Shown piece by piece: positions 14,699 through 27,677 of a stretch of DNA of 64,000 nucleotides. Position 1 is the stretch's first letter, and every line of letters starts with the position of its first letter. The stretch lies in the NCBI RefSeq assembly GCF_009914755.1, contig NC_060940.1; one strand, 5' to 3'. The position numbers were made by a program, and so were the translations under genes. The notes under the pieces are model-generated. The model had not been told where the DNA came from. It was given only the letters and a program-made list of their open reading frames with translations, and searched no databases. This DNA comes from the human T2T-CHM13v2.0 reference genome, Homo sapiens.

Positions 14699-15833
14699 AG
14701 AATGTGTTACTTTTTAAAGTACATTGTGAGGCAGGACAGTATTCACATTGCCTTTCCCAGAGCCCCTAAAGCATCAACTGAAGATGGTGTCCCTACTGCA
14801 GTCAAACAGAAATGCTGAGTAATGACTGGTTTAATAATGATCAGATAGACGAGAAAAGGCCTTGACTAAGTCAGTGATATTGGGATATGATTATTTTAAT
14901 TATTTTAATATTGATTCTTTTGGTGTCTTTTGGATTGTTTAGCTGTCGCTTTTTCTCTTGGCTTTTGAGGTTTCAGGACACGGAGTAAAATGATGGAAAT
15001 GTGTTTGTTTTTCAGGGCAGAGAGGAGTGTTGGTAAGTAGAGAAATTACATTGTGTCCTCAGCTGCCATTGATGTCCTTCCAAATAGGTGAAGTTTAGTT
15101 TAAAACCTGCCGTTAATTTCTGGCCTCTGGCAAGAGTGGTACAAGGTTACCTGTTTGTTCCAGTATGTGTAGGGAGGGGCTGGGGGTTGGGGAGAGAGAA
15201 GGGTGGCAATTAGTCAATGACATTTATGACCCATTTATAAAATACAAATGAAATAATTGGTTACAAAATCATGACAAGCCTTCACTTGTCTTTTACAAAC
15301 TTGTTCTCAACACACTGTGAAACTTAATGGACACCCTTTGTAGAAAGTGAGGAACAACAGCCATTCTGAAGAGACCGATTCAAAGCGTTCAACCTGAGAC
15401 TAGCTGTGGTGGCGAAGATTCTCTGAGTATGTTTCTCATTCTCATCTCAGATACCCGCATTATTATCGCAGATCCAGAGGCAGGGAATTTGTAGATTCCT
15501 CAGCCAGGGAATTGCCACAGTTTTGGTGTAGGATGACCAGACATGAGAAAGAAAAAAATTTTCCCACAAATCTTTAAATGCATGGGACCCTTTGGGGTCT
15601 TTGCTGAGATTAGAGCACTGTGTGTTTATAAATAAAAGAAGAATAAACAAAGGCAGCATGCACTGGCAGTCCCCTCCTTCCTGCCCTGTTAAAATGCTGT
15701 GTGAGGTGGCATCGAGAAAATGAACGCCAAGGTTGACACCAAATGTAGGGCCCGAGTGATTTTTCTGTTTTTCAAATCCGCTGTCAGTTCTCCACCTCTG
15801 ACTCTTAGTCTTTTTCTCTTTCCCCACCTCTAG

Positions 15834-17150
15834 AGAGAGGACATTTCCTGAGTAAAATGAAAATCAAAGCTAGGAGCTAATCATATTTTTAAAGTCAGAT
15901 ATGTTGGGGGTATAACTGGAAGCTAATTTTTAAAAGAATCCTGCCATATCTTTGATAAGGAAGTTCTATGGCTTAAAGAGTGTAACCACTAGTTTTAGCA
16001 GAGATGTTTCCTTTAGTTTTGAAACATTCTTCAACATTTCAGGTTCATGATGAAAAATGGCTGACTGGATTTAAGTCCTTTATTTTCTATACTCCTGAGC
16101 AAAATTCTGAAAAACTGGCTGGTCTAGTTTAGAGAAGAACGCTGATGTGGGAGTATTTTCACCATGCATTCCTGCTCTAAATCCTTTGCTTCTACTGATA
16201 GACTATTCTACTTTCGAAATAAGTTCACATTGCTCTAACACTTCATAAGTTCAATCTTTTTCTCATTCTGTTTAAAATAACCACCATGACCACCAAACGC
16301 CTGAAATTCACTGTAGTTAAAATTATGACTGAAATAGACAGGGAAAACCTGAGAGTGAACGTTACCCAGCAAATCTGGGTTAAACAGGTTCGAGTTTTTC
16401 CAGAGCACACTGTTTAGGATTTCAGCTTCCTGTTCAACCATCTCGGAAACAGGGTGTTTCTCTGCTCCTTTGTGAGGACTAACCATGTGTCCCCGCCACT
16501 TTGCACCAAAGCTGAATATCATCCCAAACTCTGGATCCTTCTGACGGGCATTTGTGTGGTACACAGGAAGGGGTGCATTATGAATATGCAATTACTGGCA
16601 TGTAATGCTGTCTTCTGCTAAAAATACAAAAAGGGTACTCTGATCTCAGAGTTGGGAGCTGATTTCTGATTTCAGCCTAGACAGGTCTGCTTAAAACTAT
16701 AATCAAGCTGATTGTATTGCCCTGGAATTCTAATTTCCAATTTAGGGTTTTGCTATATAATCTCTAGTAGAGTGTGTCTAATCTTTATGAAACCCAGAGT
16801 CTTTGTATAAACTCTATGGATTTTCTTCCATGCGTCTAGGCTGAGCTGAGCTGTGTCTTTAGGCTGAGCTGTAGAGACATTAAATTACTGAGTAAATGAA
16901 GGTAACGTTGTTATGTCACTCTGTTTCTGAAAGACCAACTCAAATTCTGTCTGCTGTAGCTTTGATCCTTTTCATTTAATTCTAAGTACACTTGTTATTA
17001 TAGTAACTGTTGTTTGTATGTTATTTTAGCTTTTTACTTAAGTAGCTATTTAGCAATTTAAATGAAAATGTAATTAGGTTACATCTGTTTTACATGCATG
17101 TAATACCACGCAGATGTAAACTTCTATTAAAGCCATATTTTCTTTTTGGC
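15834..17150 (+). other. Candidate terminal exon (short coding tail plus 3'UTR) of an unidentified gene
   Basis: Strong acceptor TCTTTTTCTCTTTCCCCACCTCTAG (AG 15832-33); stops in all three frames within 47 nt; ~1.3 kb with no recognisable TE, AU-rich; TGTA motifs then ATTAAA at 17126-17131. Confidence 0.5.
17126..17131 (+). terminator. Candidate polyadenylation signal ATTAAA
   Basis: TGTA at 17099 and 17115 upstream, T-rich tract downstream. Confidence 0.45.
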
Positions 17151-17376
17151 AAGAAAAGGCAGAAACAAAATCGTACCAGTCGCTGGAATACGTCTTGCTC
17201 TAAAAAAATTAAAAAAAAGGATATACAGAGCACTGTGCCATTATTTATATGGTGGTTAGAGTACATCACTTCTATTTTTTGAAAATTAAAAAAAATATTA
17301 ACAAGTGAAAAACAAGCATTCTATTCCATGTTCCCTCTTACAGTTTATCTGGATACGGTGTTTAAAATGACAATAC

Positions 17377-18000
<624 letters not shown>

Positions 18001-18639
18001 TAGTCTGAAAACAGCATAAGCAGTAAGCCCCCCAGATACCCCCACATTTTTGTGTGTACAATGGGGATTGAACTTAGAAAATTAATTCTCCTGTTTTGGG
18101 AACCATTGCCTCCCTTATAGCCTGTTAATAGGATTTATAAAACATCATTTCAGACAAAGTCATTTATCTTATTTGCTAATGAGACACAAAATTTGGACTG
18201 TCTGGAACCAGGTAACATTTTAAGAGTTGCCCATTTGTTTCATACACGTTCAGCTTTTCAGTGCAGTCATTTTTAATGGTGGTTTTTATAGCATCAATAA
18301 AAATATTTTCATATAATTCTTCCTTGTAAATATGGTTAAACTTTTAGCTTTCTACTACTTGGTGACCTGTTAAATAACTTAATGTACTTTGAAATTGATT
18401 GTTCAGTGCCAAGACAATAAGAAGCCAGGAGGAGCCAGCTTTATTTTTTACGTTGGGGCCTTAAGTTGGGCTATGAAGAAAAAATTCTGGCAGGGTTTGC
18501 CACATCCAACTTTTAAGGGTTTTTTTAATCTGTAAGAGGGAACATGGACTAGAATGCTTGTTTCTCTTTCCTGTCTGTCTTAAGTAGTATCTTAGATGGC
18601 AAGGAAAGGAAATATTCTACCCATGTCATAACATATCTA

Positions 18640-18880
18640 CCATTTATTGAGCACCTACTATGTGCCAAGTTGTATTCTAAATGCTTCATGTATTATCTCA
18701 TCTGATCCTTAAGGCAGACTCATAGGTAGGTACTACTGTTATCTCCTATTTTATAGGTGAAGAAATTGAAGTCTAGAGAGGTTAAGAATTTTCTCAAGGT
18801 AAGATAGCTAGTAAATGGTAGAGCTAGGGGTTTAACCTTGGCCATCTGGCAACCAAGACATAGGTTTGAACCCATTATGC
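18640..18880 (-). mobile_element. MIR (MIRb-like)
   Basis: CATTTATTGAGCACCTACTATGTGCCAAG...TTTTATAGGTGAAGAAATTGAAGTCTAGAGAGGTTAAG. Confidence 0.88.
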
Positions 18881-19189
18881 CTCATCATACCTCATAATAC
18901 CTAGTATTATAAGGGGTTTTGTTGTTTTTTCTTTGTATTGGTTTTGTCATCTGAATCAAACGTCTTTGACCTAGAAAGAATCTTAAAATATGCTTCTGCC
19001 GCCTCCCTCTTTTATCCCAATTCAGAAAACCATTTTTTGGGAGACCTAGGTGCCATAAAAATGAAAAGAAATGAGGCATGGTGCTCATGGTACTCACAGT
19101 TCAGTTAGTGAGGGGGGTTGGTAAGTAAAGGGGTATGGCTAAGTAGCCCGCCAAGGAGGATGACATGTGCACTAAGCTGATACTTGGCT

Positions 19190-19590
19190 GATGTGCTGTG
19201 AGAGGCCAGAGCAGGCAGCAGTCAAGGTCAAGCAAAGCTTCATTTGACCTGGGCGTGAAAGAATGTGCAGGACTGTGGTAAGCAAAGGAGACAGGTGGCA
19301 TTTCAAGCTTCAGGAATAGAATGAACAGGGAGTTGGAGGAAAGAAAACACAAAATGGCCTGTTACAATAGTTAAGGCAAGAGATGGGGAAACCTTCAACC
19401 TGGTCACCAGCAGACGACATAAAGCAGGAAATAAAATGACATTGCAAAGGCAAGGTGATGGGATTTGGCAATTGATTAGCAGTTGGGAGGGAGAGCATTG
19501 GAGGCAGGTACTGGGGTCTCGAACCCAGTAGGATAGTAGGAATGTTAATCATAAAAGGCAACTCCGATTTGGGAACACTCATTGTAGTTG
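19190..19590 (-). mobile_element. L2 fragment
   Basis: Purine-rich antisense L2 phrases (GTTACAATAGTTAAGGCAAGAGATG, GGATTTGGCAATTGATTAG). Confidence 0.6.
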
Positions 19591-19609
19591 GGGAGGTAGA
19601 ATAGGGTAG

Positions 19610-20345
19610 ACGGCAAGAACTTGGACTCTATATTCAGATGGTCCTGGGTGGCAATCTGTGCTCTCCCACTTACTGGTATAGTTACTTTCAGCAAGTCACT
19701 TGTTTAGACTCTAGTCTCCTCATCTATAAGGCGGGAATAATATTAACACAGCTGACACTTGAGCAACACAGGTTTACACTGTGCAGGTCCACTTATACGT
19801 GGATCTTTCAAAATAAAAGCTGCACCAAGTATGCCTGCCTCTCCTGCCTCCCCTTCCACCTCTTCTGCCTCTGCCACCTCCAAGACAGCAAGACCCACCC
19901 CTCCACTCCCTCCTCCTCCTCCTCCTCCTCTTCAGCCTACTCAAAGTGGAGACAATGAGGATGAAGACCTTTAAGATGATCCACTTCCACTTAATGAATA
20001 GTAAATACATTTTCTCTTCTTCGTGATTTTCTTAACATTTTCTTTTCTCTAGCTTACTTTATTGTAAGAATACAGTATAGAATGTGTGTGTACATATAAA
20101 AAATATATGCTAATTGACTGTTTATGTTATCAGTAAGGCTGCCGGTCAACAGCAAGCTATTAATAGTTAAATTTGGGAGGAGTCAAAATTTATACATAAA
20201 TTTTAGCCTGCAGGGGGTCGAGTGCCCCAATCCCTACACTGTTCAAAGGTCACGTATAGTGACCTCATAGTGTTATTGGAGCTCAGGTAGTACCTGTAGC
20301 ATGCATAGCACAGTGCCTTATAGCATACATTCAATAAATACCACT
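19610..20345 (+). mobile_element. MIR interrupted by Tigger2a
   Basis: 5' half 19610-19745 (GCAAGTCACTT...CTCCTCATCTATAAG); 3' half from ~20257 (CCTCATAG...GCACAGTGCC...CAATAAAT). Confidence 0.7.
19749..20254 (+). mobile_element. Tigger2a (MER28)-like non-autonomous DNA transposon
   Basis: Degenerate TIRs CAGCTGACACTTGAGCAACA ... TGTTCAAAGGTCACG followed by TA; internal (CCT)n and GAGGATGAAGACCTTTAAGATGATCCACTTCCACTTAATGAATAG. Confidence 0.85.
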
Positions 20346-20668
20346 TAGTAGCCTCTTGGCTACTACTCACTCATTTGGGTGAGTAGGATTTTATCCCCAT
20401 TTTATAGATGAGGATGCTAAAATTTGAGTAGGTAGAGTAGCTTTCCAGAGTCCTAAAGCCAGTAAAGCCTGGCAGGGGTGAGTAGAGACCCAGGCTCCTG
20501 CCTTGTGGTGTAGTTTCTGACTTCAATTGTAGGTCACTTGCTGCCCTCACACCAGACAGCGGCAGGCCAAGTCTTCTGGTGCTGTTACTTTGACCTTCCT
20601 CCCATAAAGGCTGGATGTAGCAGAGGCAGGCACTGTCTCTTCTCTTACCTTCTGTGGCCATTTACTGA

Positions 20669-21046
<378 letters not shown>

Positions 21047-21293
21047 TAATGACTGAGTATAGGTTTTCATTTTCTCCCTTTGCTTTCTTCCTATAAATCA
21101 GACAGTCATTTTTTTCTAGAGTCCTTTTCAGCACCCCAGAGGGAGTTGTATCCTTTTGTGTGTGCCCTGTGGAATTTTCATGGCAACATAAGTTGTATTT
21201 CTTCATGACTCACTGCCATAGGAAGACCACCCAAAACATACCCTCTTCTGTAACCCAAATCTCAGCGTGTGTCCTTATTTTCCTTGTTTTCAG

Positions 21294-23545
21294 CATGTCC
21301 AAGTGAAGCCATTAAGTAGGTAATATACTGTTAGACACAGATCATGGTGCTTGGGAAAACAACACCCAAGCCTCGTGATTAATAAGCACTGTTAATTGTT
21401 AAGCTGCTCTTGCTGGTGTCTGACCTCACGGGGTTTGTGCTGTGACAGCTCTTTCATGTTGATGAGGTAAATGAGTCTCTGCCATCATGGCCGGGAGAAG
21501 CCAGGACAGAGTATCAGATCGTGTTTCACCAGGAAAACAAGGTTGATTTACTGTGTTACACGAGGGTGAAGTGGACCCAGCACCACTGCACCCCGTGCTT
21601 TGATTCCCTTGTATGCTAAATATGCAAGCACAAAACAGCTTTAACACAATTTTTTACCTAGAAAGGAGCCTGGGGCTGCATCCAAGTACATTTAACATGT
21701 GAAAATTGAGCTGCTTTGAACTTGTATGTTTTTGATAACTGCTTGGTATGCTTCCTGGAGGATCACCTGTAGGCTTTTCTTTCCAAATCCTAATCCCTTT
21801 GATTGAGTGCCAGGACAGATAGCTCTCATTGAATAACTCCAGTCTCATAATTCTTCCTTCATTCAGAGTTGAAAGGGAACAGCTCCAGATTCAATAGGCA
21901 CATCCTCAGATTTAGCTGAAGTCATTCAAACACTTTAAAACTGAAATTGTTTTGTTCTGAAGTAGGGTTCAGTTGGGCTACTGAATGTTTACACAAGCCA
22001 GTTGCTGCCAGGAACTGTAGGATGGGGAAGAAAACCACACTTCTCCCCGCCTCCACCCAGCCCCCTTGCCTTGCTTCTCTCTGCCTCTGTAACCAAGAAG
22101 GATTACAAGGACGACTTTGAGCGTTAGAAGTTTCAAAGCAACCTGGCAGGATTGTTTGTAAACGTGGGCATAAGAACGTGCTTGACTCTTCTTGTTTTCT
22201 GTCCTCCATGAGACCAGGCTGAACACTCTCCCCTCTCCTCCCAACCCCCTTTTGGAGGAAGGAAAACAACCATGTTCTTTTTATCTTTACAAATGTGCCT
22301 GGTGGGGACTAATCTAAACCAGTTCAAGATGCTTTTGCTTAAGCCTGTTTAGAGGAACGGAAGGTGCTGCAGAATTGGAAATAGAGTGGTATATGGGCCT
22401 CTTTGCCACCCCGCTCCTGAGCTCGCTGCCTCTTTTTTGTTTTTGTGGGTTTCTTGGCACCTACCTAGATTTCTGCTGAGATCTCTGTTTCAGGTCTTTT
22501 CAGAGATCATGTTTCCTAAAAGATGGTTCCTTTCTGCTGGACATCCTGTCTCTGTCCTATTTGGCCAGATAGTACTTCAGTTGGGAAAAGCCATCTTTCT
22601 CTTCGTGCCTGGTGCCCTATTTCAGAAGGAAGCCTGAAAAGTCATTTCCATATTCTGTGTGTGATTGCGTCCTGCCTAGCTTATCACAGTGGTTGTTCCC
22701 TCTCGGATGAACAATTCCTACCCTCCTCTTTGCCCAGCAGATGAAGGCAAGGATTGTAACCCATTATTAGAGTATTGAGGACCTGAGTTCCCCACTCATG
22801 TTGAACTTGAGGCAAGACTGGGCGGTTTATTCCCCTCTGGCTACTCTCCCATTTGTAAAATGAGGCGACATCTCTAATCATTGACACCAAACAAGAACAT
22901 AGCCTAATAGTAAAATGAATGGTGTTATATGGTCATGAAGAAGGTTCAAGACTGGAATCTACTCCATAAGGAAGGACACAAAAAGATTCAACAGTGATTT
23001 AGACAAATCTCATCTGAACACATTTTACAGATGCCTGTTGAACTAAAAGTTCTGTCTAGGACTGTAGTAAGATTTGACCCGGCTTAGCCTGGGAATTTTG
23101 ACCCACTGATGGTAGAAGTTTATTAACAGCCCTATTCATTTAGATCCTTCCCTGTTTCTACTTTTCTCGTTCTCTCCCCGGAGGGTTTTTATGACGTTGT
23201 AATCATTTATAATTTTAAAATGTCTTCAATCATGCTTAAAAACAGCACTTGATTTTAATGGGTACTGCTTAACCATAGAAAGATTGTGTCTGTATTACTG
23301 TCGGTTCTTACAACAATACTTTGGAACGAAAGTAGAAAGTTTATGACACATTTTATTATATTCCTAAATGTGAAAGAGGATTCTAATTTAAAAATAAGTG
23401 GCCATACTTTTTAATTCTTATTTAGCCTCTGTAGCTGTTTTAATATCCCTTTTATGGTTGACTGGTCGATGTTTTAAAACAAGTTCTTCAGGGACTCTGC
23501 CCATTAGTCTTTGGCAATAAAATCTGAACTTTACTAAAATAAAAC
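21294..23545 (+). other. Candidate second (alternative) terminal exon
   Basis: Acceptor TCCTTATTTTCCTTGTTTTCAG (AG 21292-93); stops in all frames within 30 nt; ~2.2 kb with no recognisable TE, ending in AATAAA at 23516 and 23538. Confidence 0.3.
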
Positions 23546-23607
23546 ATGAAGCCATGGAGTAATTAAGAGGGGAACTTTCAGAGATGACCGTGAATATGAA
23601 ATACAGT
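23525..23607 (+). repeat. Dispersed direct repeat, copy 1 (83 bp)
   Basis: About 85-90% identical to 25683-25766 by eye. Confidence 0.9.
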
Positions 23608-24421
23608 GATTTGTATTATTAATGGATTTGGGGAAAACCAGCCCACCTCTTTTAAGCTCAACTATGTGTATTTGGGGGGTTTTATATTTTTAATTTATTT
23701 CTTTGTTTCTCTCAAGGCAGTAGGGGTTCCATCGCAAGCTCTTAAGATCTACCAATCCTCCTTTTGTAGCCTGCTGCTTCTGAATATGAGCCTTTCTTTT
23801 TTCATTTTATTTGGAAAATGGGGTGATGTCACTTAGGAAAGCATTTTTCCCAAAAGTGGTTTCAGGAACCAGAATCTGGTGAAGTGTTATTTAAAAGCGA
23901 TAACATAGTAAAGCTCTGCTTTGTGCTTCAAATAATTGTAGGATTTACGGGATATATCCCTAACCTGTTCAGTTTTATGGAAGGACAAAATACAGGGATT
24001 CATTTTATCATAGTTTCTTAAAAACTTTGAAACCCAGTTGACAGTCATTTCTCTAGCATTATAATAAGCTCTTTGTGTTTATAAACCTAGTTCATAGTAA
24101 TTTTTGGAGTGCTGCAATTTGGTAGTTATTTAATTTGCAAATGGGATTGGCCTCTCTAACCTCTAAAGGAACTAGTTCCTTTTAATGCTTTAAAACTTTC
24201 ATTGACTCTCAATTGCCAACTGCAGGAAAAAGTTCAGGTTTTAAAAGTCCTTACATGCGTTTCAGCCTCCTCTCCCTGTTTCCTTTATGAACAGCCCCCT
24301 CCCACTCCCTTTCTTTCAATGGTAGGTCTGCTGCAGAACATTCTGCATCTCTTAAACTTTATATGCACTGTATTTTTCAGTCTCCATTCCTCTGCTCATA
24401 TTGTGTTCTCTCCATGGATTC

Positions 24422-24745
24422 TTTCTTTTTATTATTTAATTTTTTTTAAGGGATAGGGTCTCACTCTGTTGCCCCAGGCTGGAGTACAGTGGCACCATCA
24501 TAGCTCGCTCGTAGCTCACTGTGGCCTCCAACTCCTGAGCTCTAGTGATCCTCCCACCTCAGCCTCCTAAGTAGCTGGGATACAGGAACGCACCACCATG
24601 ACAGGCCAATTTTTAAATTATTTTTTGTAGAGACAGGGTTTCACTGTATTGCCCAGGCTGGTCTCAAATTCCTAGCCTCAGGCAATCCTTCTGCCTCAGC
24701 CTCCCAAAGCGCTGGGATGACAGGTGTGAGCCACCAGGCCTGGCC
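24422..24745 (-). mobile_element. AluJ
   Basis: Antisense dimer with J-type positions. Confidence 0.94.
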
Positions 24746-24821
24746 TCAGGGATTTCTTCTTTACCATGTCATAGTCTCCAAAATTGTGCCCTTCCTTTCT
24801 GTCAACTCAAGTGTTTCCTCC

Positions 24822-25076
24822 TTTTTTTTTTTCTGAGACAAGGTCTCGCTCTGTTGTCCGGACTGCAGTACAGTGGTGCAATCTCTGCTCACAGCAATTT
24901 CCGTCTCCCAGGTTCAAACAATTCTCGTGCCTCAGCCTCCCGAGTAGCTGGGATTACAGGTGGACACTACCACTCCCAGCTAATTTTTGTATTTTTTGGT
25001 AGAGACGGGTTTCACCATGTTGGCCAGGCTGGTCTCAAACTCCTGACCTCAAGTGATCCGCCCGTCTCGGCCTCCT
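24822..25076 (-). mobile_element. AluS, 5'-truncated
   Basis: Antisense Alu ending at CCCGTCTCGGCCTCC. Confidence 0.93.
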
Positions 25077-25682
25077 CTTAAGAGGTATTTTTTACTCTGT
25101 ATCCAGAGCTTCCTCATATACCCATGCAGCATGTGGAAAACAGCCTGTACTGCTGTATGCAGTGGCCCTGTTGGAATCCTTCTGCTTCCCAGCGAATTGC
25201 CCACACCCCAGACCATGGCACTGTCTCCAGATCTTCAGCATTGCAGTTATCATGTTAAACTTAGCTATTTGTGTATATGATTGTCTCGTTCACCAAACAG
25301 TGAGCCCGTTGAGGGCGAAGTTGTCTTAAATGGCTTTGTGTCCCCAACTGCCACCAGGGAGATGCATAGTAACTAGCCAATGAATGAATGTTTTCTTCCC
25401 TTAAAAAATACCAACAGATGCCTAACATAAGCAATTAAGTGAGGGAAAGCTTTTTTGCCATTTTAAAAGTCATTAGTCAGCCCACACGATACCACTGAGG
25501 AAGCCTCATGTGAGAGCTAATGAACATTAAACCCAGACACCATCGGGAGCTCACCAGAAACCCATGGCTGGCTAGTGAGAGACCCGGGGCTAGAAACTTG
25601 ATATTTTGGTTTCACAGCCAGGTACCCTGGCAGCCACACCAGTGTTATGCTGGCAGGCATGCTTTGTCTGCTATCTGTGGCG

Positions 25683-25766
25683 TGAACTTTACTAAAATGA
25701 AACATGATGCCATGGAGCAAATTAAGAGGAAAGCTTTCAGAGATGACCATGTATATGAAACACAGT
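25683..25766 (+). repeat. Dispersed direct repeat, copy 2 (84 bp)
   Basis: TGAACTTTACTAAAATGAAACATGATGCCATGGAG...GAAACACAGT. Confidence 0.9.
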
Positions 25767-25879
25767 TCCTACTCCGCCTCCTTCACCCCAATGAGAGAAT
25801 CCAAATTTTATTTAACTGGTGCATAGAGGTCTCTTGATTTGGGGGAAGATGGGTCCCTCTGCCAGCCTGAGATGGTAAA

Positions 25880-26348
25880 TCACGCTTGGGTTAAGCCAGT
25901 CATCGAATTCCTGTTCCCCTTTGCTGGATGCTCATTTTCCCGGGTTCCCTTGCAAGTCAGGGGCTGTGTGACAAGTTCTGACCTGTGAGACACAAGGCCA
26001 AGTCCACTAGGAGAATTCTGGGAAGGATTTTCTTCCTGGTAAAAAGACAGAGCCTCATGTTTGCCAAAAGAGCCTGATTCTCTGCCCTTTCAGAGGCTTC
26101 CTGCCTTTGCACACAGTGACAAGACATGATGCTGGGGCTTTAGCAGCCACCACGAGGTGACAGGTAGGAGGACAAAAGTGATTACATTGATGTTGGTGAA
26201 GCAGGATAGAAAGAGCCTGGGTCCACAATGACTAACCTTGAAACCTCCCATTTCCAGACTTCTGGTTCAATAAGAAGCACCCCGATGGTTTCATCTTTTG
26301 ACGGTTGGTTTTTTGCTGCTTGAAACAGGACACATCCTAACTGATTCA
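25880..26348 (+). mobile_element. MLT1-type (ERVL-MaLR) solo LTR, old
   Basis: TGTGACAAGTTCTGACC, TTCTGGGAAGGATTTTC, CAGACTTCTGG, 3' end CATCCTAACTGATTCA. Confidence 0.65.
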
Positions 26349-26689
26349 GTTACTTTTAGAAGGAAAAATAAAAGTGGAGACAGCATCCTAAGAGGAAAGG
26401 TGGTGACTGGATAAACTATATGGAAGTCCTGACAACATCATATTTAAGAAATTTGGTGGCTGGCCTCTATTCTTCTGTTAGGTGTAAGGAAGACCCACTG
26501 AGTAACACTGGAGCATTCATCATTCAAGAAACATTATATTTTAATCTTGGATATTCCTAGCACTATGCAGGATTCTGAGGATGCAGAAATAAAAGGCAGT
26601 TTCTATCCTTAAGGAACTTGGAGCCTAGTAAGGGAGACTAGTGAGTAAACAATTACCTGAGAGTATGAGGATCACTCTCTTTTGATAGG

Positions 26690-27485
26690 GGTATTGCATT
26701 AGCTCTTATGCTGCTGATATGCCTGAGACTGGGTAATTTATAAAGGAAAGAGGTTTAATTGACTCACAGTTCCACAGGGCTGAGGAGGCCTCAGGAAACT
26801 GACAGTCATGGCAGAAGGAGAAGCAAACACATCCTTCTTCACATGGTGGCAGCAAGGAGAAGTGTCGAGCAAAAGGGGGAAAAGCCCCTTATAAAACCAT
26901 TGGATCTCAGGCCGGGCACAGGGGCTCACACCTGTAATCCCAGCACTTTGGGAGGCCGAGGCAGGCAGATCACCTGAGGTCAGGAGTTCAAGACCAGCCT
27001 GGCCAACATGGTGAAACCCCGTCTGTACTAAAAATACAAAAAAAATTTAGCCTGGCGTGGTGGCGGGTGCCTGTAATCTCAGCTGTTCAGAAGGCTGAGG
27101 CAAGAGAATCACTTGAACCCAGGAGACAGAGGTTGCAGTGAGCCGAGATTGTGCCATTGCACTCCAGGCAATGGAGTGGAGCAAGACTCTATCTAAAGAA
27201 AAAAAAGAAAGAAAGAAGGAAAGAAAGAGAGAGAGAGAGAGAGAAAAGAGAGAGGGAGAGAAAGAAGGAAGGAAGGAGAAAGAAAGAAGGAAGGAAGGAG
27301 AGAGAGAGAAAGAAAGAAAGAAAGAGAAACCATCAGATCTCGTGAGAACTCAATCACTATCAGCATGGGGGTAACCGCCCCCATGATTCAATTATCTACC
27401 ACTGAGTCCCTCCCACAACACATGGGGATTTGGGGAACTACAATTCAAGATGAGATTTGGGTGGGGACACAGCCAAACCGTATCA
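26690..27485 (-). mobile_element. THE1 (THE1C/D-like) solo LTR, interrupted by an Alu
   Basis: Ends GAGATTTGGGTGGGGACACAGCCAAACCGTATCA, the reverse complement of the THE1 5' end; same family as the + copy at 48527. Confidence 0.92.
26910..27326 (+). mobile_element. AluS with expanded GA-rich tail
   Basis: TSD AAACCAT(TG/CA)GATCTC at 26894-26908 and 27327-27341; tail 27196-27326 is pure purine. Confidence 0.95.
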
Positions 27486-27646
27486 GGTGTGTTTGGGGTA
27501 CTATCGGAGATCAGATCAGGACCACAAAACCTGGATAGGCTGGGGAACAGGAGAAATCAGGAAATGTTTCCTGGCAGAAATAATGGCTAAGTCAAATCTT
27601 GAAGAAGGGATAGGATTTTGCCAGACCAAGAAAGACAAGGAAAGAA

Positions 27647-27677
27647 GGGGCGGGGCGGGGTGGGAGTGGGGGGGTGG
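27647..27677 (+). other. G-quadruplex-forming motif / GC boxes
   Basis: GGGGCGGGGCGGGGTGGGAGTGGGGGGGTGG. Confidence 0.7.

Noticed and set aside
15447-16591. Minus-strand ORFs of 126 and 118 aa in TE-free DNA
   Set aside because: Non-ATG start for the first, no recognisable domain in either; splice and poly(A) signals point to the + strand
19638-20010. Poly-Pro/Ser/Arg ORFs
   Set aside because: Arise from the (CCT)n tract inside Tigger2a
25350-25366. CTCF-like GCCACCAGGGAGATGC
   Set aside because: Only a partial match, lacking the GGCGC/GGCAC end, and within decayed L2-like sequence
23525-25766. Duplicated unit as tandem C/D snoRNAs or CRISPR-like repeats
   Set aside because: ATGATG is present in copy 2 only, with no terminal CTGA or closing stem; two copies 2 kb apart in primate DNA with no spacers or cas genes
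27138-27384. K/E/R-rich ORFs
   Set aside because: Translation of the GA-rich Alu tail
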